The position numbers and the translations under genes are program-made. The notes under the pieces were generated by a model that made no database searches, had not been told where the DNA came from, and saw nothing but the letters and a program-made list of their open reading frames with translations. Source: Candidatus Latescibacterota bacterium (lineage in GTDB: Bacteria > Latescibacterota > UBA2968 > GCA-2709665). From it: 64,000 nt of DNA. This document shows, piece by piece, positions 1 to 8,473 of this stretch. The DNA is taken from assembly GCA_965237675.1 (NCBI GenBank), contig OZ250150.1:3392001-3456000 (forward strand). Reading direction: 5' to 3'. Position 1 is the stretch's first letter. Each line of letters opens with the position of its first letter.

Positions 1-917
1 ACGCGAACCAGGTTCGATATCGGAATCCCGGGCCGGATCGCATCGATTGCCGCTTGCAGACACTCGTAGACCGCCCTGTAGGCGTCCCTGTGTTTCTGTT
101 CGGCCTGACCCAGGGCGAACATGCGGGTATAGTCCGACCAATATCCGCGGTACACGCCGCCGGCGTCGTGGGCGATGAGTTCGCCGTGGGTCAGCGCACG
201 GTCGGTGTGCCGGCGCAGGCTACGGTTGCTGCTCCGGGCGTCGCCGGGGATGCAAGAGGCCATCGTGATCGAACCGGGTGCGTCCATTCCCCGTTTCAGA
301 TGCTCTACGCAGAGCAGGCTGTAGAGATCCCGCTCGGTCATACCGGGTCTGACGGTGTCGAAGAGGGTGCGATAGGCCTGGTCGGTGATCCGGACAGCTT
401 TGCGAATATAGGCGATCTCCGCGCGGGACTTGGAGAACCGGGTTTTCCAGAACAACTTCGCGGCATCCGTGAATTGCACGCCGGGAAGATTGGCTTTTAA
501 CTGGCCGAAGTCGTCGTAGGGCATGCGCGACCAGAGTACGCCACCCAGTTCGGCGCCGATGCGGGCACCTCCCAGGCCAAGTTCGCGAATGACTTGGGTC
601 AGGAGTGAGACCCCTGCCCGGATGCGGATGGGCGGCTGATAGGTGCGCAGATCCTCGATCCATGCATCCTCCTCACACATTCCGGTTTCCAGGGGTGGGA
701 CGACGAGCACAGGGTCGTGTTCGAGTGGAAGCAGTGCGAATAGAGAGGTGAACTTGTGCCCCCAGCGATGGGTCCAGTGCCCGCTGAAGTAGCGATGGTT
801 CGTGTCCGTGGTAATCAGGACCGCGTCCAGACGGTTGTGCGACATGAGATCGCGAAGTCTGGCCAGGCGTCGTTCATATTCGTCGGCGTCGAAATCGGCG
901 TATTCTCTGGTCAGCAT
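1..917 (-). CDS. Xaa-Pro peptidase family protein (M24, creatinase/prolidase N-domain), 3' end runs off window
   Basis: Not in the ORF track. Translated by hand from ATG at 917: MLTREYADFDADEYERRLARLRDLM...RFSKSRAEIAYIRKA...RPGMTERDL...HDAGGVYRGYWSDYTRMF, which carries the M24 D-x-G-x3-GY-x-SD-x-TR motif. Confidence 0.85.
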   Translation of the reverse strand, partial: MLTREYADFDADEYERRLARLRDLMSHNRLDAVLITTDTNHRYFSGHWTHRWGHKFTSLFALLPLEHDPVLVVPPLETGMCEEDAWIEDLRTYQPPIRIRAGVSLLTQVIRELGLGGARIGAELGGVLWSRMPYDDFGQLKANLPGVQFTDAAKLFWKTRFSKSRAEIAYIRKAVRITDQAYRTLFDTVRPGMTERDLYSLLCVEHLKRGMDAPGSITMASCIPGDARSSNRSLRRHTDRALTHGELIAHDAGGVYRGYWSDYTRMFALGQAEQKHRDAYRAVYECLQAAIDAIRPGIPISNLVR

Positions 918-1055
918 GATGGGAGTCCTCTACTGGTGGTTGCAAGAAAGTCCGTTGGCGACCAAAGGTGGGTCGCATGGTTGCGTACACTGGCGGGGGT
1001 GGGACGAAGGTATTGAACCCCTTCGAGCCGGTACTTGACGAACTGAGGTGACGCG

Positions 1056-1904
1056 ATGCCGTTGCAGGTCTTCATTCTGGTGATGGTTTCCACCGTCCTG
1101 CACGCCGCCTGGAATTTTGCGGTACGGAAGGCATCCGGAAGTCTCGCGGTGCTGTGGGTGGGGATGTGGTTCGCGGTTGCCGCAAGCCTACCGGTGGTAT
1201 TTTTTCTTCCACTCCGGTCGGACGCGGTTGTGGCGGCATGGCCCTTTATGGCGGCGACCGGTTTGGCCCATTCCGTGTATTTCCTGATGCTGGCCAAAGC
1301 ATACGAAGAGGGCGAGATTTCGGTGGTCTATCCGCTGGCCCGTGGTACCGGTGTGGGGGGAACGGCAGTAGCCGCGTGGATTCTGATCGATGAGCGGCTG
1401 ACGAATCTGGGTGTTGTGGGAATCGTGACCGTCCTGCTTGGTATATTCGTGCTGGGTGTCGTTGATGTCCGTACGCGGAAGCGCTCCCGGTCCATTCCGT
1501 ACGCGCTCCTCGTAGGCGCAACGATCGCTGTCTATTCCGTAGTAGACAAGCTGGGAGTATCGCATATCCATCCCGTACACTACGTCATCTCCCTGTTCAT
1601 GATTCCGGGTGTGCTCCTGGCCCCGTATGTCCTGTTGCGGCACCGGACGGAGGTTGTCCGGACATGGCGCGAACTGAAAGGATATGCGCTGTTTATAGGG
1701 CCCGGTTCTATGGCGACGTACCTGATTGTCCTGTTCGCCATGCGCCTCGGTAAGGTCAGCTATATTCTGGCCGTTAGAGAGTTTTCGGTGGTCATCGGTG
1801 TCGTTCTGGGTGTGCTTTTTCTGGGCGAGCGACCTGGTTGGCACAAAGGCGTGGGGGTTGGCGCCATTGTGTTGGGCCTGTTATTTGTAAAGTTGGGGGG
1901 GTAG
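1056..1904 (+). CDS. EamA/DMT family transporter
   Basis: 282 aa, about 10 hydrophobic segments, LHAAWN, AYEEGEISVVYPLARG and AVREFSVV motifs. Confidence 0.9.
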   Translation: MPLQVFILVMVSTVLHAAWNFAVRKASGSLAVLWVGMWFAVAASLPVVFFLPLRSDAVVAAWPFMAATGLAHSVYFLMLAKAYEEGEISVVYPLARGTGVGGTAVAAWILIDERLTNLGVVGIVTVLLGIFVLGVVDVRTRKRSRSIPYALLVGATIAVYSVVDKLGVSHIHPVHYVISLFMIPGVLLAPYVLLRHRTEVVRTWRELKGYALFIGPGSMATYLIVLFAMRLGKVSYILAVREFSVVIGVVLGVLFLGERPGWHKGVGVGAIVLGLLFVKLGG

Positions 1905-2078
1905 GCGGCCGCACGGCCCCACCAGGCGTGGAGCAACGATTGGCGGGTGCAGGGCGGACGATTCGCCGGTGAGCCGGATTCGCCGTCCAGGGGAATCGGC
2001 TCCAAGATAGCCGGGGGGAAGGGGGGCGTCAAGCGTTTAAACCCGCTTCGCGGATGCCGTGAGAACGGGAGATTTCTC

Positions 2079-2107
2079 TTTACAGGCTATTGGCCGTTCC
2101 GTATCAT
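2079..2107 (+). promoter_or_regulatory. Putative sigma70 promoter for the GH38-like gene
   Basis: TTTACA-17 nt-TATCAT, about 50 nt upstream of the ORF. Confidence 0.5.
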
Positions 2108-2157
2108 GTGGCGGCTGATTATGGCGATCCGACAACGCACGGCGGCCGGTCTGACCG

Positions 2158-4713
2158 ATGGTCGAATCCTTCATGTCGAAAGAGGCAATATACGTCGTTC
2201 CGTTTTCAAGGTTGACGCTCTTCGGGTTGGGCGATAAAGAGGCGTGCCTGTCTCGCGGAGCGGAGATTATCGCCCAGGTCATGCGCTTGTTGGAGGCCCG
2301 CGACGACTTCAGGTTCCTGATCGAGGACATGGTCTGTCTTGGCGCTTATCTTGAGGCGCATCCCGAGGCGGCGGAGTGGATCCGTTCCGCGGTTTCTGAT
2401 AGGCGCCTGGAGGTGGGGGCTGCCTGGACCCAGATGGATCACAGATTGTCCGTGGGCGAGGACCTGGTCCGAAACCTGCTCTACGGAAAAATCTTCGCTC
2501 GCAAGGTGCTGGGCGTGGATCCAACGGTCGTGAATCTGGGCGACGGAAGGGGTACGACTTCGCAATACGTACAGGTTGCCGCCAAGTTCGGAATCGAGCA
2601 TCTGGTGGTGACCGGAAGGGGGTGGAGTCAGGCCGCATTGTTCCGCTGGCGAGGGCCCGACGGATCACAACTGGTCTGTTGGAACGCCAATGAGGGAAGC
2701 CAGTTGCTCTGGGAAGCCGTACGTGGATCGACTCGATTCCGGCGGGAGCGAAGTGCGGCGATTGCCAGGCAGCGCGAGAGCCAGGGCGGGATGCTGCCGC
2801 TGCACTGGGGAGGGTTGATGGTCCAGCCGCGCGAAGCGGATCTGGTGGAATTGGCGGCGTGGGCGGAAGCCGAAGCGCTCGATCTCAAACTGCGGACGCC
2901 GTCGGGTATTCTCCCGCGATCTCGGGCTATGGAACAGCTCCAGGAGATGCGCGAGCCAGGCTCGCCGGCCGGATCCAATATCGAGCCGGTGTTTCCCGGA
3001 ACGGCGCCTCTGAACGATCCTGCCGTCTGTGGGCTTTTGCGGGCTGAACAGATGTCGGCAATGGCGGAAACACTCTTCCCGTTTGCGTATCCCGCGACGG
3101 CCTTGAAGGCGGCGTGGTTGCGCCAACTCGAGGCAACGTCGTACCGCTACGACGGCGCGGCGGCAAAGGAAGGGCTGGAGCGAAGGCGGAGCGACCAGCA
3201 GAACGTCATCTTCACGGCGGCGAGGATTGTGCGAGAAGCGGAAAGGATGATTGCGGAACGGGTGACTCTCCGCGACGGGCCGGCAGGCAGGTTGCCTATC
3301 GTGGTATTCAATCCGCTCTCATGGCCGCGCACCGACCTGGTGGAAGTGCATGTCACGTTTTACGGGGAGGTCGAAGCAACCGATTTTTCCCGGTACGAGA
3401 TTTACAGGCTTGTGGACGCGTCCGGGCGGACAGTGCCGTTCCAGGAACTGGCGGGCAGGCAGACGGAAACGGCCGAGGTCCGTCTGGTCTTCGCGGCGCG
3501 CGAGGTGCCGGCCAACGGATACGCCACCTACTATCTTGTTCCCGGCGTTTCGGAAACCCAACGGTTGGTGGGCATCCAGCCACCGGCAATGATGGCGCCG
3601 GGGACGATGACCCCCGATTTCCCGGAGCCCTCCTTTGTTCTGGAGGATGTCGAAGACCAGTTGTCAGAGGCATTTCGAAATGTGCGGATCGGCCGCCGCT
3701 TCAGGACGCCATTTAACGACCTCAACGTAAACGAAATTACCGGCCGGGTGCGGGTGTCGGACAGAAGCACGGGCGTTTCGCTGGTTGACGGCATTCAACT
3801 TATCGGAACCGAGGACACACTGGACGACGGATCGGCCGCCACCGGCAGGCGGTTCGAGATGGCGGTGGATCGGGTTGACCTTGAAGAAAGTGGCGAGGTG
3901 CGGGCAACGTTGCTGGTGGCCGGGAAACTGTTGTCTTCGCCCTGCGAGATCCGGTACCGGCTCTACGGAGATTTGGACCGGGTTGATGTGGACCTGCGGC
4001 TTCAATGGCGCGACCGGAAGCCGGTTCGGGTACAGATGGTTTTTCCGGTCGTAGGCGAGTCAATCTGTTATGGAATCCCGCACGGATACCAGAAACTCGA
4101 AGCAGACGGGCGTGGCCGCGGTCCTTTTGAAGAAGAGCGGGTCTGCCAGGGATGGGTGGCCGTGGAAGGATCGGATGGCGGCTTTGTGCTCGCCTCGGAC
4201 CGGAAGGCGTTCCAGTTCGGCTCCGGCGAAGTGCGCGGTGATGTCTTGCATTCCGGTCTTGATCCGGCATCGTATTCCTACAACGTCATCTGGCGTTCGT
4301 TTCCGGACGTGGTGACATGCAGGTACTCCATCCGGGGATACCGCGGCGATTTCGCACGGGGAAACGCTTTCGAGGATGGATGGAACCTGCGCCAGGCGCT
4401 GAACGCCCAGGTCGTGTATGATTCGGTTTCGGGGAAGTCATTGCCGGATCGAATGCAGTTTATCTCCCTCGACGGACCCGGAATTATATGTACGACGATC
4501 AAAAAGGCCGAAGACGGAAAAGGCCTGATTCTGCGTGCGTACGAGACCGTGGGTAAATCCTGTGAGGCCCGGCTGGTTGCCTGCCGCGACGTCGTCTCCG
4601 TTTACGAGGCGGATCTGATGGAGTGCAGCCTGCGGGGCCTGGATGGGGATACCATCGGGTTTGCACCCTTTGAAATCAAGACGCTCCGGGTGTTGCTGGA
4701 CAGCGGCACGTAG
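2158..4713 (+). CDS. Glycoside hydrolase family 38 (alpha-mannosidase)-like protein, metal ligands degenerate
   Basis: GEDLVRNLLYG, FRWRGPDGS, VFNPLSWPR, EVPANGYATY, TIKKAEDG..LILRAYE and FAPFEIKTL are GH38 N, middle and C-terminal hallmarks. Start may be ATG 2173. Confidence 0.8.
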   Translation: MVESFMSKEAIYVVPFSRLTLFGLGDKEACLSRGAEIIAQVMRLLEARDDFRFLIEDMVCLGAYLEAHPEAAEWIRSAVSDRRLEVGAAWTQMDHRLSVGEDLVRNLLYGKIFARKVLGVDPTVVNLGDGRGTTSQYVQVAAKFGIEHLVVTGRGWSQAALFRWRGPDGSQLVCWNANEGSQLLWEAVRGSTRFRRERSAAIARQRESQGGMLPLHWGGLMVQPREADLVELAAWAEAEALDLKLRTPSGILPRSRAMEQLQEMREPGSPAGSNIEPVFPGTAPLNDPAVCGLLRAEQMSAMAETLFPFAYPATALKAAWLRQLEATSYRYDGAAAKEGLERRRSDQQNVIFTAARIVREAERMIAERVTLRDGPAGRLPIVVFNPLSWPRTDLVEVHVTFYGEVEATDFSRYEIYRLVDASGRTVPFQELAGRQTETAEVRLVFAAREVPANGYATYYLVPGVSETQRLVGIQPPAMMAPGTMTPDFPEPSFVLEDVEDQLSEAFRNVRIGRRFRTPFNDLNVNEITGRVRVSDRSTGVSLVDGIQLIGTEDTLDDGSAATGRRFEMAVDRVDLEESGEVRATLLVAGKLLSSPCEIRYRLYGDLDRVDVDLRLQWRDRKPVRVQMVFPVVGESICYGIPHGYQKLEADGRGRGPFEEERVCQGWVAVEGSDGGFVLASDRKAFQFGSGEVRGDVLHSGLDPASYSYNVIWRSFPDVVTCRYSIRGYRGDFARGNAFEDGWNLRQALNAQVVYDSVSGKSLPDRMQFISLDGPGIICTTIKKAEDGKGLILRAYETVGKSCEARLVACRDVVSVYEADLMECSLRGLDGDTIGFAPFEIKTLRVLLDSGT

Positions 4714-4834
4714 CAACGGCCGGACAGGTGGCCGCCATTCGAGCAATCCCGGCTGGGTGTGCGGCATGACTGCTCGCTTAATCCGTTTAGAACCCCGAAG
4801 GAGCGCGCGAAAACGGGGAGGAGGTGTCAGACAA

Positions 4835-5563
4835 ATGGCGAACATTGAGGTTCCGGTACGGTATTACAAGGATTACCCCGGCGGCTATGATTACGGGTAC
4901 GAGGATTTGACGTTGCCGTTTGAGCGCTGTTGTTTCCTGCTCGTGGATGTGGATGGAGCCTATTCGTTCAAGGGTGAAAGCATGCCTCATCCGACAACCC
5001 GGCACTACATCGCGCCGGCCCTCGAGGCGGCCCGGGCCGTGAGAATGAAGGTGGCCTATGTCCACAACGATCTGAGGCTGGTGGCCGACCCCGGCAATAT
5101 AGCGGGCCAGTTCTGGAGCAGGACCAAGGTACCCAACGGTGACGTGATGGAGAATTGGACCAGGAAACCGGATTATGAGCCGGTTTACGTGGATTGTGTG
5201 GCGCCACGCCCTGGCGAGCCGAATTTTCCCAAGTGGATGTGGAGCGGGTTCCGGGATACGTTTCTCAACCAGAGGCTGCGTTCCTGGGGCATAGAGAATC
5301 TGTTTGTGGTGGGCTACAGCCGACGGGCATGTCTGCACTATACATGCGCGGAGGCGATGGGCCACAACTATCGGGTGATCCTCTTGCGTGACTGTTCCAA
5401 TCCGCCCGGGGAGATCGAATTTCCCGATACCCTGGACGACAGCCTCCCCGAAGGGGGATGGGTGAATCGGATGATGCTTCGCCAGTTTGAGCACCTGATC
5501 GGGTTCACCTCGACGTCCGCCGAATTCGTGGCCTCCTGCAAACAATGGGAGAGATCGGCATGA
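4835..5563 (+). CDS. Isochorismatase-like cysteine hydrolase
   Basis: GGAGGAGG RBS before ATG 4835. Triad motifs LLVD, PKWMWSGF, GYSRRACLHYT. Confidence 0.85.
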   Translation: MANIEVPVRYYKDYPGGYDYGYEDLTLPFERCCFLLVDVDGAYSFKGESMPHPTTRHYIAPALEAARAVRMKVAYVHNDLRLVADPGNIAGQFWSRTKVPNGDVMENWTRKPDYEPVYVDCVAPRPGEPNFPKWMWSGFRDTFLNQRLRSWGIENLFVVGYSRRACLHYTCAEAMGHNYRVILLRDCSNPPGEIEFPDTLDDSLPEGGWVNRMMLRQFEHLIGFTSTSAEFVASCKQWERSA

Positions 5564-6681
5564 AGATCCGGGATATCGATTCAATATTGATCAACTCACC
5601 GGGGCGGAAGTGGACAATCGTGCGAGTGCATACGGATGAAGGGCCGGTGGGGCTGGGCGAGGCCACCTACTCAAAAAAAGAGCCTGTGGTGGTTGCAGCA
5701 CTTGAACATATGAAACAGGAACTGGTCGGTGAGGATGTTTCACGGATCGAGTACCTCTGGCATAAGATCTACAGGATATCGTCGCTCAGCGGAATCTGGC
5801 GGATGGTGGGCCCCGTCTGGATGAGCGCCTTGAGCGGAATCGATCAGGCATTGTGGGACCTGAAGGGTAAGGCGGCCAACCTGCCTCTCGTGGAGTTGCT
5901 CGGAGGAAAGTTTCGGGACCGTGTCCGCGTTTACACCCATTTCAGCGGTTCCACACCTGAAGAATCGGCGGAGGGCGCCAGGTTCTGGGTCGAAATGGGT
6001 TACAGGGCCCTGAAGACCGGTGCGCGTTCCAACACGAGGCGCCCGTTCGACTTCTACCTGGATGACGGCGCACCGGGCGAAACGGCGGCCCACTTCGCGG
6101 CCGCGAGGGAAGCGGTCGGCCCGGACGTGGACCTGCTGGTGGACTGCCACGGGCGATTCACCGTCGGCGGCGCCGTGCGGCTGGCGCGTGCGCTGGAACC
6201 CTACGACCTGTACTGTTTTGAAGACCCGGTGCCACCGGAGGATTTGTCCGCCTATCCGAAGGTGAGAAGTCAGACGTCCATCCCGATTATGGGCAGCGAG
6301 CGGTTGAACACCAAGACCCAGTACCGGCAGCTTCTGGAACTGGACGGTATCGATATCGCACAACCGGATCTCATTTACGCGGGTGGGATCACCGAGGTGA
6401 AGAAGATTGCGGCGATAGCCGATACCTATCACGTACCGATTTCCTTTCACAATACGAAAGGCCCCGTGGGTATTCTGGCGGCGGCGCATCTGCTGGCTTC
6501 CATTCCGAACGAAGCGCCCATGGAGTTTGTCACTGGAATCGAATGGCGGGATGAGATTCTGGTCGAACCGCTTAAGATCGAAGCGGGTTGCCTGGTGGTT
6601 CCGGAAGGGCCGGGCCTCGGGGTGGAATTAAACATGGAGGGCGTGGAGAAACATCGGTGGCGCGTGGGAGAACCGTATTGA
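5560..6681 (+). CDS. Mandelate racemase/muconate lactonizing family acid-sugar dehydratase (DgoD-like)
   Basis: GLGEA, SGIDQALWDLKGK, VDCHG, FEDP, GSE, QPD..AGGITE, GPGLG. ATGA overlap with the upstream gene. Confidence 0.9.
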   Translation: MKIRDIDSILINSPGRKWTIVRVHTDEGPVGLGEATYSKKEPVVVAALEHMKQELVGEDVSRIEYLWHKIYRISSLSGIWRMVGPVWMSALSGIDQALWDLKGKAANLPLVELLGGKFRDRVRVYTHFSGSTPEESAEGARFWVEMGYRALKTGARSNTRRPFDFYLDDGAPGETAAHFAAAREAVGPDVDLLVDCHGRFTVGGAVRLARALEPYDLYCFEDPVPPEDLSAYPKVRSQTSIPIMGSERLNTKTQYRQLLELDGIDIAQPDLIYAGGITEVKKIAAIADTYHVPISFHNTKGPVGILAAAHLLASIPNEAPMEFVTGIEWRDEILVEPLKIEAGCLVVPEGPGLGVELNMEGVEKHRWRVGEPY

Positions 6682-6762
6682 CGGTGACGCGAGCCGTCGG
6701 CATTCCGCCGGTTGTCCGCTTTCGGTCCTTTCTTTCAATCAATTTCCGGTAACGTTCCGACA

Positions 6763-8394
6763 ATGTTAGACGTTCTGATCCGAAATGCCAGTATCGTCGA
6801 TGGAACGGGTGCGGCCTCCTATGGTGGCGACGTGGGTATTGAGGGGGACATGATTGCCGCCGTTGGCAGTGTGTCCGGCCCGGCCAGGTTGGAGATCGAC
6901 GCGGCCGGGCTGACGGCGGCCCCCGGATTTATAGACATCCACACCCATTCGGACTACAGCCTTCTGATCGACGGGCGGGGCGAGAGTGCGCTCTACCAGG
7001 GCGTGACGACCCATGTATGTGGAAACTGTGGGATATCGGCATTCCCGGTGGGTGGTAACGGGTTCTATTTCGGACCGTTCGAGTCCGCCCGGTTGCGGTC
7101 TGAGGTCAGGGCGGACTGGGCGTCCGCGGCCGCATATTTCGACGCGCTGGAGCGGCAGGGCGTCGCCATCAATGCCACGTTTTTTGTGGGCCATGGTGCG
7201 GTAAGGCACGCGGTGATGGGACAATCGACGCAGGCACCCGGGCGGGATGAGATGGCGGAGATGAAGGGGCTGGTCGACGCCCAGATGGCCGAGGGCGCGT
7301 TGGGCCTGTCCACTGGGCTCACCTACGTACCGGGCAGCAGTGCGAGTACAGACGAAATCATCGAGCTGACGGCCGTGACCGCCCCATACGGCGGAATATA
7401 CGCGACGCATATGCGCAACTATACGGCGTCCATTATGGAAGCTCTGGAGGAGGCGATTGCGATAGGAAGGGAGGCGGGCGTTCCCGTTCATGCCTCCCAT
7501 ATCACGCCCTGTCCGCCGGCTACGGGCAGTGCGTCGCGTTTGCTCGACCGGATTGAGCGTGCTCGGTCGGAAGGACAGGATGTGACGGCGGAAACGGAGT
7601 TTTATGCGACCGGGTCCACGTCGCTCAAGTCTCTCCTGCCGCCCTGGGCGCTGGAGGGCGGAAACGGGATGATGGGCAAACGATTGAAAGCGCCGTTACA
7701 GCGACAGCGAATGTGGCGAGAAATACAGCAAAGCGGATCGGAACTTGGAGGCAGCACAAAGACGGTATTGATGCAGCACGGTCACTGGAACAAGCTCTGG
7801 CTGGGCAACTGCGACGTTAACGCAAGGCTGACAGGCAAGACCTTCGCAGAAATTGGCCGGATGCGAAATGCGCACCCATTTGAGGCAATTTGCGATGTTC
7901 TGATTGAAGAAGACGGCGCCGCCAGCTTTTACGGAGAGGACAAAGCCGACGAAGACATCAACCGTCTCGCACAGGGGGCGAATTGCGGGGTCGGTTCGGA
8001 TGGACTGGCAATGGCCAATACGGGTCCGTTGGCTGGCGAGCGGGAACATCCCCGCTGCTACGGAGGTATGGCCTATCTGATTCGCACGCTTGTGCGTGAA
8101 CGGGGTGTGCTGCCTCTTGAAATTCTCGTAAAGAAGCTGACCCGATTTCCGGCCGAGCGGCTGGGGTTCACGGAACGAGGTCTTCTGCAGGAAGGCAAAC
8201 AGGCGGATCTGGTCGTATTCGATCCGGATGGGATGCTGGACCGGGCGACAATCCGGAATCCCTGTCTGTATTCCGAAGGAGTCCGTTGGCTTTTCGTCAA
8301 TGGAGTCGCCGCAATTGAGCACGGTAAAGCGACGGGTAGGAGAGGCGGGAGGGTGTTGCGGCGCGGTTTTCCCCGGAACGGTGGCCGTGGTTAG
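6763..8394 (+). CDS. N-acyl-D-amino-acid deacylase (amidohydrolase)
   Basis: APGFIDIHTHSD, QGVTT..GNCG, GLSTGLTYVPG, THMR, GSDG, HPRCYG, ADLVVFD. Confidence 0.92.
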   Translation: MLDVLIRNASIVDGTGAASYGGDVGIEGDMIAAVGSVSGPARLEIDAAGLTAAPGFIDIHTHSDYSLLIDGRGESALYQGVTTHVCGNCGISAFPVGGNGFYFGPFESARLRSEVRADWASAAAYFDALERQGVAINATFFVGHGAVRHAVMGQSTQAPGRDEMAEMKGLVDAQMAEGALGLSTGLTYVPGSSASTDEIIELTAVTAPYGGIYATHMRNYTASIMEALEEAIAIGREAGVPVHASHITPCPPATGSASRLLDRIERARSEGQDVTAETEFYATGSTSLKSLLPPWALEGGNGMMGKRLKAPLQRQRMWREIQQSGSELGGSTKTVLMQHGHWNKLWLGNCDVNARLTGKTFAEIGRMRNAHPFEAICDVLIEEDGAASFYGEDKADEDINRLAQGANCGVGSDGLAMANTGPLAGEREHPRCYGGMAYLIRTLVRERGVLPLEILVKKLTRFPAERLGFTERGLLQEGKQADLVVFDPDGMLDRATIRNPCLYSEGVRWLFVNGVAAIEHGKATGRRGGRVLRRGFPRNGGRG

Positions 8395-8473
8395 CGTAAG
8401 ACAAGCGGACGCCTTGAAACCCGCGCACCGCGGGTTGCCGACGGGCCGTTTGTCGCAGGAGTTAACGTTGTTA

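Noticed and set aside
220-663. 147-aa ORF from the track
   Set aside because: Wrong frame. The real gene is the M24 peptidase starting at 917 in another minus frame.
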